Assembly (NCBI GenBank): GCA_963717145.1
Contig: OY970325.1
Span: 3,456,001 to 3,520,000 of the forward strand
Length of the DNA stretch: 64,000 nt
DNA from: an uncultured Armatimonadetes bacterium
Lineage (GTDB): Bacteria; Armatimonadota; UBA5829; DTJY01
Direction of reading: 5' to 3'
Made by a program: the position numbers and the translations under genes. The notes under the pieces were generated by a model, which was not told the DNA's origin, did no database searches, and saw only the letters and a program-made list of their open reading frames with translations. This document shows, in pieces, positions 9,557-18,338 of this stretch (within the stretch, counting starts at the first letter, position 1; the number at the start of each line of letters is the position of its first letter).

Positions 9557-10161
9557 TAGAATTGCCGGATCGAGAGAGTCACCTTGCCGAGGACCTGCAC
9601 TTCACGGGTGATGATCGGCTCGAAATCCGGGTTCTCCGGCTGGAGGCGGACGTTCCCGCCGTCATGGTAGAAGGTCTTGACGGTCGCCTCATCATCGAGC
9701 AGCGCGACGACGATATCGCCGTTGATCGCGGTCTTCTGGCAGCGGGCGACGATGATGTCGCCGTGGAAGATGCCCGCGTCCCTCATGCTGTCGCCCCGGA
9801 CCTTGAGGGCGAAGTGGTCGCCGGACTGCGTCATGTCCGCGGGCACGGGCAAGTAGCTCTCGACGTTCTCGCTCGCGAGGAGCGGCAGACCGGCGGCGAT
9901 CCGGCCGACGACCGGCACCGGGATGAACTTCGCCTGCATCGGAGAGTACTCGCCGGGAAACTCGATCCCCCGGTAGCCATACTTCGACTTGGTGATGCAG
10001 CCTTTCTTCTCGAGGGCTTCGAGGTGCTTGTGGACGGTGCACGGCGAACTGACGCCGAGTGCGTGTGCGATCTCGCGCACCGTCGGCGACTCGCCGTTCT
10101 TCGCCATGTGCCGGCGAACGATCTCCATCACGTCCTGCTGTCTCTTCGTCAGCTTCTCCAA
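9556..10161 (-). CDS. lexA: LexA repressor
   Basis: LTKRQ..SPTVREIA winged HTH, GRIAAGLP (Ala-Gly cleavage site), VRGDSM (Ser), EATVK (Lys); TTG start with SD GGAGG. Confidence 0.95.
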   Translation of the reverse strand: MEKLTKRQQDVMEIVRRHMAKNGESPTVREIAHALGVSSPCTVHKHLEALEKKGCITKSKYGYRGIEFPGEYSPMQAKFIPVPVVGRIAAGLPLLASENVESYLPVPADMTQSGDHFALKVRGDSMRDAGIFHGDIIVARCQKTAINGDIVVALLDDEATVKTFYHDGGNVRLQPENPDFEPIITREVQVLGKVTLSIRQF

Positions 10162-10203
10162 ACCGTCTCCTCCTGCCCGGGTTCGATTATAGCACAAAGA
10201 CCG

Positions 10204-10488
10204 GGGAAACACGAATGACACGAATGGACGAATATGGGGGAAGTCGAAACCAGCTCGTAGGTATGCGCTCGGTTTGGCTAGAGGCGATAGCTTATTCTCG
10301 TTCGAGAACTGAACACGAATGGGAGAGGAAACACAAGTCCTACGAATGGGCGAATAATCGGGAGAATCCCATTCGTGTGCGGGTGGCTTGATAGCATAAC
10401 CTATCGCCCGTGAATCCGAGTGCTGGTTGGCCTACAAGCCCGGTCTTATTCTCCCCCTATTCGTCCATTCGTGTGATTCGTGTTTCCC
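10204..10488. repeat. About 285-bp element bounded by inverted repeats (MITE-like), copy 2
   Basis: 31-bp terminal inverted repeats with 1 mismatch (GGGAAACACGAATGACACGAATGGACGAATA). Confidence 0.85.
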
Positions 10489-11648
10489 TAAGCGTACATC
10501 GGTGACATCGCGCGGAGGCGGGTGACGATGCCGGTGAGCGATTCGACCACTTTCTCGAGGTCCTCCCGGGTGGTCGCGCGACCGAGAGTCATACGAAGCG
10601 AGCCGTGCGCCAACTCGTGCGGGAGGCCGATCCCCAGCAGCACGTGCGACGCTGAGAGGTCGCCCGAGGTACATGCCGACCCGCTGGACACGCAGATGCC
10701 GAACATGTCGAGCGAGAGGATCATCGACTCGCCCTCGATACCCTGCACGCTCACGTTCACATTGTTCGGGAGCCGCTTCGTCGGATGGCCGTTCAGGCGC
10801 ACGCTCGGGATGGTGCTGATGATCCGCTCGATCAGCCAGTCGCGCAGTTCGGTGAGCCGCGCGGACTCCTCGGCCATCGTGGTCTGGGCGATCTCACATG
10901 CCTTGCCGAGTCCGATGATCCCGGCGACATTGTGCGTGCCGGCGCGCTTCCGGCTCTCCTGGCCGCCGCCGTGGAGGTACGGCTGGATGCGCGCACCCTT
11001 GCGGATGTAGAGCGCCCCGATCCCCTTCGGCCCGTAGAGCTTGTGCGCCGAGAGGGAGAGCAGATCGACGTTCATCGCCCTCGCGTCGATCGGGATCTTG
11101 CCGACCGACTGAGTCGCGTCGGTGTGGAAGAGGATGCCCTTCTCATGGGCGATTGCCCCGATCTCGGCGATCGGCTCGATCGTCCCGATCTCGTTGTTCG
11201 CGTGCATGATGCTGATGAGGATCGTCTTATCGGTGATCGCGTTCCGGACGGCCTCGGGATCGACGAGACCGAACTCGTCCACGGGGATCACCGTCAACTC
11301 GAACCCGCGCTTCTGGAGGTACTCGCAGGTCTCGAGCACGGCGTGGTGCTCGATCGCCGACGTGATGATGTGGTTGCCCTTCTTCTCGTGCGCCAGTGCC
11401 GCGCCGATGACGGCCCAGTTGTCCGACTCGGTCGCGCCGCTGGTGAAGTACACCTCGCTCGGGTCCGCGCCGATCAGGGATGCAACCTTCGCGCGGGCCT
11501 CTTCGACGACCACATTGGCTTCACGGCCGAATGTATAGAGCGTCGAGGGGTTCGCGTACTGCTCGGTGAGATATGGCATCATGGCGGCCAACACGTCCGG
11601 ATGTGTGGGCGTAGTTGCCGCATGGTCGAGATAGATCAGTTTGCTCAT
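10488..11648 (-). CDS. iscS: Cysteine desulfurase (IscS/NifS class I)
   Basis: YLDHAATTP, SAHKLYGPKG (PLP lysine), SSGSACTS (catalytic Cys). Confidence 0.93.
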   Translation of the reverse strand: MSKLIYLDHAATTPTHPDVLAAMMPYLTEQYANPSTLYTFGREANVVVEEARAKVASLIGADPSEVYFTSGATESDNWAVIGAALAHEKKGNHIITSAIEHHAVLETCEYLQKRGFELTVIPVDEFGLVDPEAVRNAITDKTILISIMHANNEIGTIEPIAEIGAIAHEKGILFHTDATQSVGKIPIDARAMNVDLLSLSAHKLYGPKGIGALYIRKGARIQPYLHGGGQESRKRAGTHNVAGIIGLGKACEIAQTTMAEESARLTELRDWLIERIISTIPSVRLNGHPTKRLPNNVNVSVQGIEGESMILSLDMFGICVSSGSACTSGDLSASHVLLGIGLPHELAHGSLRMTLGRATTREDLEKVVESLTGIVTRLRAMSPMYA

Positions 11649-11730
11649 GGAAAACCTCCAATCATCGTAACTGGTAAAGAGTAACGAGTAAGGCGGACCA
11701 ACCCTCCGGTTACTCGTTACTCCTTACGCC

Positions 11731-12300
11731 TTATGTCCGCGTGACCTCTGTGCCGCTCTGCCTCATGTGCGCCTTGTTCAGGACGCACTCGCCATCGTGC
11801 TCGATACCGCAGCGAAGGCATGCGTCTTCCACGGCGGTCTCCAGTTCGACGGCCGCCGCGACAAATCGTTCGAGCGAGCGAAGAAGCTGCTCGCGCTCCG
11901 TGGGGTGCATCAGTCCCAATACCCGGGAGAGCCGCTCCGCGCGCTCGGATTCCGTGCGTTGAAGCAGTTCCTCGGCATGTGGAGTCAGGCTGACCTCCGA
12001 CTGCCGGCGGTCCGTGCGACCCGGGCCGCGCTCGACGAGTACCCGCTTCACCATTCGGTCGACGAGCATCGTGGCGGCGGGCTGAGTGACTCCCAGTCCC
12101 TGCGCGAGGCTCCCGATCGTGCACGGACCATGTTGGCCGATGTGCTTCAGCGCTTGGAACTGCGACATGCTGACCTCACCGTCCGGCGACTCCGAGAGCA
12201 GGCCGACGGTCAGGGTCTTCAGCATAATCCGCGTGAAGATGTCCGAAACATGTTGTGTCTGCGCCAGCAGATCGAGATCGTTCATGACGGATAACCCCAT
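11731..12300 (-). CDS. MarR family regulator with C-terminal Cys/His motif
   Basis: MarR winged HTH (TIGSLAQGLGVTQPAATMLVDRM, DRRQSEVSLT) followed by CLRCGIEHDGEC. Confidence 0.85.
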   Translation of the reverse strand: MGLSVMNDLDLLAQTQHVSDIFTRIMLKTLTVGLLSESPDGEVSMSQFQALKHIGQHGPCTIGSLAQGLGVTQPAATMLVDRMVKRVLVERGPGRTDRRQSEVSLTPHAEELLQRTESERAERLSRVLGLMHPTEREQLLRSLERFVAAAVELETAVEDACLRCGIEHDGECVLNKAHMRQSGTEVTRT

Positions 12301-12303
12301 TAT

Positions 12304-12348
12304 TATATAACCCGCTTATATAGTACCCGGGATTCGCGGTTTTGTCAA
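12304..12348 (-). promoter_or_regulatory. Promoter for marR-iscS with overlapping palindromic operator
   Basis: TTGACA-17-TACTAT (12348-12320) and TATATAA-N5-TTATATA (12304-12322). Confidence 0.65.
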
Positions 12349-12408
12349 CATTCTTTTGGCGAAAAGTTGCGGGAAAACCGGCCATTCGGTAGAATGATCG
12401 TGCGATAT

Positions 12409-12635
12409 GTAGGGGCGAAGCATTGGCCCATCGGATTGTGCCAACCTGCGGCACCAGTCGCCAATGCTTCGCCCCCGATTACACCGTTCGGGAGGGAGTT
12501 GGACTCCCTCCCGCAGAACTAGATTGGGAGTTGAACTCCCGGTTCAGTTTTGCGGGAGGGAGTCCAACTCCCTCCCGAACGGTGCCAATGCTTCGCCCGA
12601 TCGAGTACGATTACGATGACGAGTAGGAGTACGAT
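12409..12635. repeat. Cluster of REP-like palindromes plus hexamer repeat
   Basis: GTAGGGGCGAAGCATTGGC/GCCAATGCTTCGCCCC pair, inverted GGGAGGGAGTTGGACTCCCTCCC pair, and CGAGTA/CGATTA hexamers. Confidence 0.85.
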
Positions 12636-12638
12636 TCC

Positions 12639-13736
12639 ATGAAGATAGACAGCCTTTCCAGAGTACACCTCGCGAGCCTTCCGACCGCGCTGGAGGATGC
12701 GCCGACCCTGGCGGCGGCGATCGGTATCGACCGGCTGCTCGTGAAGCGCGACGACAACACCGGCCTCGCGACCGGAGGGAACAAGGCCCGGAAGCTCGAG
12801 TTCCTGATGGCCGAGGCGCTCGCTCAGGGATGCGATGTCGTCATCTCGTGCGGGGGCAACCAATCGAATCACGCGCGAATGACGGCCGCCGCCGCCCGGA
12901 AGCTCGGCCTCGACTGCGTGCTCTTCCTGACAAACCCGATGCCCAGGGAGTTCGAGGGCAACCTGCTCCTCGACACGATCCTCGGCGCGCGGATGATCTT
13001 CCTCGGCGACACGGGGATGGAGCGACTGGTGGAGGCGATGGAAGCCGAGGCGGAGACGCTCAGGTCCGCGGGCCGGACGCCATATCTGATCCCGATCGGC
13101 GGCTCGACTCCGCTTGGGGCGATGGGATACGTGACTGCCGTCCGCGAACTCGCTTTGGAGTGCGATGGCTTGACATCGCTTTCTCCCGGGCGGCTTGACG
13201 TCCAGCCCGGCGCCGCCGTGTCAAGCCACGACTCAGCAAAGCGATGTCAAGCCATCGCACTCCAAAGCGCCGACATCGTATTCGCGCTGGGATCCGGCGG
13301 AACCGCCGCCGGGATCACACTGGGATGCGATCTCTTCCTCCCGAATGCGCGTGCGATCGGCATCTCGGTCAGCCGGGGAACCGCCGAATGCCGGGAGGTG
13401 GTCGAGCGCATCGTTCGGGGATCGGCGGAGTTGATCGAGGCGAAGATGCCCGATATGGACCGGCTGAGGGTCTGCGATGAGTACGTCGGCCGGGCATACG
13501 CCGTCCCGACGCCCGAGGGCAGGGACGCGATTCTGCTCGCGGCTCGGACGGAGGGGTTGATCCTCGATCCGGTCTACACCGGCAAGGGGATGGCCGGGCT
13601 GATCGACCTCGCGCGCAAGGGCGAGATCGGACGCGGGAGGCCGGTCGTCTTCTGGCACACCGGCGGGGCCGCGGGCCTCTTCGCCTATGAGAAGCTCTTC
13701 CGCGACGACTCCGGTCAGTTGGCCGCGGAGTTGTAA
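12639..13736 (+). CDS. dcyD: D-cysteine desulfhydrase / ACC deaminase family PLP enzyme with in-frame palindromic insertion
   Basis: KRDD..GGNKARKLEFL, QSNHAR, GSGGTAAG, LDPVYTGK, HTGG motifs. Confidence 0.85.
   Translation: MKIDSLSRVHLASLPTALEDAPTLAAAIGIDRLLVKRDDNTGLATGGNKARKLEFLMAEALAQGCDVVISCGGNQSNHARMTAAAARKLGLDCVLFLTNPMPREFEGNLLLDTILGARMIFLGDTGMERLVEAMEAEAETLRSAGRTPYLIPIGGSTPLGAMGYVTAVRELALECDGLTSLSPGRLDVQPGAAVSSHDSAKRCQAIALQSADIVFALGSGGTAAGITLGCDLFLPNARAIGISVSRGTAECREVVERIVRGSAELIEAKMPDMDRLRVCDEYVGRAYAVPTPEGRDAILLAARTEGLILDPVYTGKGMAGLIDLARKGEIGRGRPVVFWHTGGAAGLFAYEKLFRDDSGQLAAEL
13151..13269. repeat. 119-bp palindrome inside the dcyD CDS
   Basis: 32-bp perfect arms CGCTTTGGAGTGCGATGGCTTGACATCGCTTT. 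Confidence 0.95.
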
Positions 13737-13781
13737 CGTCCACCCGATGAGCGCCAAGCCTGAATCCTCCGAAGAAAACGT

Positions 13782-13822
13782 TTGACAATCTACGTGCGTC
13801 GGGGTATACTACAACTGTAGTA
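13782..13822 (+). promoter_or_regulatory. Promoter with BlaI/MecI/CopY-type operator
   Basis: TTGACA-17-TATACT overlapped by the palindrome TACTACAACTGTAGTA, which contains TACA-NN-TGTA. Confidence 0.85.
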
Positions 13823-13850
13823 CAAGATTCTATCTGGGAGGAAGACCGCC

Positions 13851-14237
13851 ATGCCTGAACGACGGGATCTTTCAAAGGCTGAGCTTGACGTTATGGAGGT
13901 CCTATGGCGAAAGGGAAACGCAACCGTCAAGGAGGTCCAGACTGACCTCGGCAAGGACCGCAAGCTGGCGTACACGACGGTGGCGACCCTGCTCAACCGT
14001 CTGCGCGGCAAGGGATATGTCGGGGCGGTAGAGAAGAACTTCGCCTACGAGTTTCGTCCGCTCGCGCAGAGGGATCAGGTGCTGCGCCGGAAGCTCGACG
14101 ACCTCGTGAACCAGGTGCTCCGGGGCGACGTCTCTCCACTCGCCGCCTACATCGCGGAGAACCGTAAGCTGACCCCCGAGCAGATCGCGGCTCTGGAGGC
14201 GATGATCGCGTCCACGCCCGAGAAGGAGGACCGCTGA
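13851..14237 (+). CDS. BlaI/MecI/CopY family repressor
   Basis: LSKAELDVMEVLW, LAYTTVATLLNRL. Confidence 0.92.
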   Translation: MPERRDLSKAELDVMEVLWRKGNATVKEVQTDLGKDRKLAYTTVATLLNRLRGKGYVGAVEKNFAYEFRPLAQRDQVLRRKLDDLVNQVLRGDVSPLAAYIAENRKLTPEQIAALEAMIASTPEKEDR

Positions 14238-14238
14238 C

Positions 14239-16539
14239 ATGGAGATGCTCCCCGAACTCCTCTGGAAGATGAGCTGGCAGACGGCGATTGTCGCCGCCGC
14301 AGTATGGATCATCACGCGGTTCGCAAGGAACGCGCCCGCCTCCTGGAGGCATGCGCTCTGGCTTGTGGTATTGATCAAGTTCTTCATTCCGCCGTTCGCC
14401 TACCTGCCATCGCAACTTGCGATCGAGAAAACGCCCGCGCCAAGCACCTACGCCCGGGTTGTCACGGCGGACCCACCGGTGGTTCATTCGGAATCCAAGA
14501 CATCGCCGGATGCCGATGTCAGTTCACATCAGCCTACGGTGAGAAGCAGGGCAGCCGAACTAGCCACGATCGCCTACTGGAACATGGGGATTCTCACCGG
14601 CTGGGCATGGACCGCCGCTGTCTCGATATGCGCTATCGTGCTCCTGGTGAGATACCGGCGGCAGAAGCGGCTGGTTGCCTCTGCCCGTGTCGCTGACGAT
14701 GAGTACACTGGCCTGCTCCGGGAGTGCGCGGCCACTCTCGGAATACACAGGCTCCCCAGGATACTTCTTTCCGACCGGGTCGCCACGCCGATGCTGACCG
14801 GTCTGCGGCGTCCGACGATCCTGCTCCCCACCGAGATCACCGAGTCATGCACCAGTTCCGACCTGCGGGCGATACTGATGCACGAACTGGCACACGTGAG
14901 GCGTCGCGATATGTCGGTCATCTGGCTGCAGCAGATCGCGCAGATACTCTTCTTCTTCCATCCGGTGGTGTGGATTGTGGGCCATGAGTTGAAGCGGGAG
15001 CGGGAGATCGCATGCGATGAGATGGTGCTGTCGACGGCCGGAATTCCGCATAAGGACTACGCCTCAGGGTATGTCGCCGCGCTCCGACTGGCGAGTGACG
15101 CCCCGAGGAGCGCGGTCTCGCTCGCGATGGCCGAGCCGTTCGAGGTCGAGCGCCGTCGCGTTCAGCTCATGCTCAGAGCCGTCATGCCGAGGTTCACGGT
15201 GCGGTGGGCAATTGCGCTTGCAGTGATGGCGGCGATCGGCGTCCCGACGTTCATGGGATACAGCGCGAGTGAGGAGTCCCTGGCGGTGAAGACCAAGGTC
15301 ACCGGGGACGGCTTCATGCTCGAGTACAAGAATCCGCCGACCTGGAAGTGGAAGGACCTGACGTTCACTGTGAAGAGCATTGGCCGGAGCACGCGGCTTG
15401 AGAGGGTATCCGAGAGGGGGAAGGGAATGGCTGTCTACGCAGAACTGCGTCGCCCTTCTGACAGATGGAGCATTAGTAGAAACATGGAATTCGGCTTTGG
15501 TCGGGATAAGCCGCAGGATAGCTTCCAACATGCCAAGTATGTGGATGCCAGGACTGAGGTGTATCAGCCCAATACCGACCTCCCTGCAAAGGGCACAATG
15601 ACCTTCAACGTGTACGCCACTGTGACTGAGAGCCTACCGTTCGTAGAGCTCAACGAGGGGCCTCACGCCATTGCCGATGTGAAACGGCTATTGAGCCTTC
15701 GCGACAATCGGCTGTTTCTGACAACCGCCGACTGGCGAATGGGCAGACCATACACCGGCTACGTATGCGATTACACAAGTGCTCTGTTTCCGAACAGCAT
15801 CAGATCGGCCCGAAAGGATGCGCGGTATGTCTCGCTGAGGCTGTTCTACGCAGAGCCCCCGAAACCAGATCGCATTTATCCGTCTGAATACACGCTTTAT
15901 GATTCGACTGGACGGTCGGTCAAACTGGAAGAACTCTACCATGACATGAGCACGTTTACCTACGGCAGCGACTGGAATTGTGAGATTCTACCGTATCTCG
16001 GGATGCGGGTGGCCACGACCCCCGAGACCCGCGCGACAAAAGGCGGCGTGCTACGATATCTCAAAGTCATTGGCGTTGATCCTGATGGTCCTGCCTATAA
16101 AGCTGGAGTAAGTCCTGCTGACGTGCTGGTCGAACTCGAAGGCATTGAGTGGAGGGCAGATGGTGGGTCGTCGCACAGCTACAGCATGGAGACGAGGCGG
16201 CTTGTGGTCTTGAGGAACGGGAAGAAGCTGGTGCTGGGAATCACGCCCATCGATGATCCGCTGTGGACTGTCGAAACCAGCGATGCAAAACGCGCTCTTG
16301 CTGAGATCAACACGGTTGGCAGGAGATACAAGGACTCGCAGTATTCGGACAGCCTCCTGTATTCTAAGGAGCCGGTGCCCGCGGATTTCGTCCCTGCCAA
16401 GTTCGGATTCAAGATCAGTTTCGGAGGCAGGACGATCAAGGAGGTCGAGTTCCAGATCAAGGACATTCCGATCCCTGCCGAGTTCTGGGAGCGGATGGAC
16501 GAGCAGAAGCCGAATCTCCCGCCGTGGAAGCGCGACTGA
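14239..16539 (+). CDS. BlaR1/MecR1-like M56 metallopeptidase with extracellular region including a PDZ-like domain
   Basis: RHALW, HELAHVRRRD, FFHPVVW, REIACDE; GVDPDGPAYKAGVSPADVLVEL is PDZ-like. Confidence 0.88.
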   Translation: MEMLPELLWKMSWQTAIVAAAVWIITRFARNAPASWRHALWLVVLIKFFIPPFAYLPSQLAIEKTPAPSTYARVVTADPPVVHSESKTSPDADVSSHQPTVRSRAAELATIAYWNMGILTGWAWTAAVSICAIVLLVRYRRQKRLVASARVADDEYTGLLRECAATLGIHRLPRILLSDRVATPMLTGLRRPTILLPTEITESCTSSDLRAILMHELAHVRRRDMSVIWLQQIAQILFFFHPVVWIVGHELKREREIACDEMVLSTAGIPHKDYASGYVAALRLASDAPRSAVSLAMAEPFEVERRRVQLMLRAVMPRFTVRWAIALAVMAAIGVPTFMGYSASEESLAVKTKVTGDGFMLEYKNPPTWKWKDLTFTVKSIGRSTRLERVSERGKGMAVYAELRRPSDRWSISRNMEFGFGRDKPQDSFQHAKYVDARTEVYQPNTDLPAKGTMTFNVYATVTESLPFVELNEGPHAIADVKRLLSLRDNRLFLTTADWRMGRPYTGYVCDYTSALFPNSIRSARKDARYVSLRLFYAEPPKPDRIYPSEYTLYDSTGRSVKLEELYHDMSTFTYGSDWNCEILPYLGMRVATTPETRATKGGVLRYLKVIGVDPDGPAYKAGVSPADVLVELEGIEWRADGGSSHSYSMETRRLVVLRNGKKLVLGITPIDDPLWTVETSDAKRALAEINTVGRRYKDSQYSDSLLYSKEPVPADFVPAKFGFKISFGGRTIKEVEFQIKDIPIPAEFWERMDEQKPNLPPWKRD

Positions 16540-16566
16540 GCGACGGAACGCCACGGCGGGCGTACC

Positions 16567-17319
16567 CTACTCCTCCTTCCGGATCTTCTGGAGGAAGTCG
16601 GCGCTCTTGATCTCGCGGTCGGTGTGGAAGCGGATGAACCAGCGCATCACGCGGCCGATCTGGTCCATTGTGCCGCGAGCGATCTCCATCTTCTCGACCT
16701 CGGGCGGCTCGGCGGTGAGGAGGAGGCGCATCGTCTCGACCGTTTCAGCCGTGACCGGGATCGAATCTTCCGGAAGCGGCGCGCACTCGCCACACGCCAG
16801 GCCGCCGAGCGACGGGCTGAATTGCGGCTCGTCCGTCTCGATCGGCTTCTCGCACCTAACGCACTTGTCCAGAACCGGCTCGTAGCCCAGTAGCTTCATG
16901 AAGTGAAGCTCGAACATGTGCGCGATCTTCGCGGGATCGTTCGGCCGCTCCATCAGGTACAGCGCCGAGAGCAGGGTATCGAAGAGGTCGATGTTCCGCT
17001 CGTGCTCCTCGGTCAGGCGGTCGACCAGTTCCATGAGGTACGTGCCGTGGGCGATTCTCTGCAGGTCGGAGCGGATCCTGGGGAACGACTCCTTGCCGTC
17101 AACCTGGGTGATGATGTCGAGGTTGCGGCCGGTCGCGAGTTGCATCCGGCTGTAGGTCATCATCTCGGTCGGGCCCGCGAGCCGGCTGATCGGCTTGCGT
17201 GATCCCTTGGCGATGGCGGATATCTTCCCGCGCTCGCGTGTCAGGAGCGTGACGATGCGGTCGGTCTCCCCGAAGTTGATCCGTCGTAGGACTATGGCAT
17301 GCGCCGTGTATAGAGGCAT
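16567..17319 (-). CDS. recO: DNA repair protein RecO
   Basis: GETDRIVTLLTRERGKISAIAKG; zinc finger CVRC...CGEC. Confidence 0.95.
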   Translation of the reverse strand: MPLYTAHAIVLRRINFGETDRIVTLLTRERGKISAIAKGSRKPISRLAGPTEMMTYSRMQLATGRNLDIITQVDGKESFPRIRSDLQRIAHGTYLMELVDRLTEEHERNIDLFDTLLSALYLMERPNDPAKIAHMFELHFMKLLGYEPVLDKCVRCEKPIETDEPQFSPSLGGLACGECAPLPEDSIPVTAETVETMRLLLTAEPPEVEKMEIARGTMDQIGRVMRWFIRFHTDREIKSADFLQKIRKEE

Positions 17320-17332
17320 AGTAGTGCCCACC

Positions 17333-17545
17333 GTAGGGGAGGCCTTCAACGGCCTCCCGCCGGGCGGGCGTAGAAACAGCCCCTACGGGTTTCGGGAGGC
17401 CGTTGAAGGCCTCCCCTACGGACATTATAGACGCAAATCGGGCAGGGAGTCCAACTCCCTGCCCAACTATATCGCCAACTGCCTGCCCAACGGCAGCTCA
17501 CGGTGTTCCGGGTCTTTGTACTCTGTACTTCGGACTTTGTACTTC
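17333..17545. repeat. REPIN-like inverted pair of GTAGGGGAGGCCTTCAACGGCCTCCC, a further REP, and a heptamer tract
   Basis: Copies at about 17333-17358 and inverted at about 17394-17419; GGGCAGGGAGTCCAACTCCCTGCCC at about 17440; CTTTGTA-like repeats. Confidence 0.85.
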
Positions 17546-17546
17546 C

Positions 17547-18263
17547 CTACTGAACGGTTCTGAGCAGTTCCTCGGGGTTGTACATCTCGACGAGCGCGAT
17601 GCCGGTGCTCGTGCCGATTCGGTTCGCGCCGGCATCGAGCAGGTCCATCGCGTGCTCGACGGTGCGGATGCCTCCCGCGGCCTTCACGCCAACTGTCGGG
17701 CCGAGGATTGTTCGAATCAGGTGGATGTCCTCGAGCAGCGCGCCGCCGTTTCCGGCGGTGCCGGTCGATGTCTTGATGAAATCAGCCCCGCAGTCCCGCA
17801 CTATCTCGCAGGCCGTGATCTTCTCGTCTCTCGTCAGGACTGGCGTCTCGATGATAACCTTGATGAGAGTGCGCCGGGAGTCCTCGGTCAGGCCCGAGAG
17901 TTGGGCAGCGCTTACGATGTCGGAGAGTTCGCGCTGGACGTATTCGATGTCGCCCGACTTCAGGGCCGAGACGTTCATCACGACATCCAGTTCCTCGGCG
18001 CCGTTGGTGACCGCGTTCCTGGCTTCATAAACTTTGGTTGAGCGGGTGACAGTCCCGTAGGGGAATCCGATGGGCGTGCAAACCTTCACATCCGTGCCCT
18101 GGAGCATCCTGACGGCGAGAGGCACCCAATACGGGAAGACGACGGCGGCGGCGAAATGATGCCGTTTCGCTTCCTCGATGAATCGGACCATCTCCTCCTT
18201 GGTCGCCGACGACTTGAGGTACGTGTTGTCGATGAGCTTGGAGAATTGTTCTCTTGTATACAA
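17547..18263 (-). CDS. deoC: Deoxyribose-phosphate aldolase
   Basis: GFPYG, LIKVIIET, FIKTSTG, VKAAGGIR, RIGTS. Confidence 0.93.
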   Translation of the reverse strand: MYTREQFSKLIDNTYLKSSATKEEMVRFIEEAKRHHFAAAVVFPYWVPLAVRMLQGTDVKVCTPIGFPYGTVTRSTKVYEARNAVTNGAEELDVVMNVSALKSGDIEYVQRELSDIVSAAQLSGLTEDSRRTLIKVIIETPVLTRDEKITACEIVRDCGADFIKTSTGTAGNGGALLEDIHLIRTILGPTVGVKAAGGIRTVEHAMDLLDAGANRIGTSTGIALVEMYNPEELLRTVQ

Positions 18264-18338
18264 ACTACTGCCTCCCGCTGCTTCCTCGTACTCCTAATCG
18301 TAATCGTAATCGTACTCGGAGAGACCGATCGCGTACGA

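Noticed and set aside
10162-10330. LexA (SOS) box upstream of lexA
   Set aside because: Only half-sites (CGAAC, GTTCGAGAAC) are visible; no complete GAAC-N4-GTTC or CTGT-N8-ACAG.
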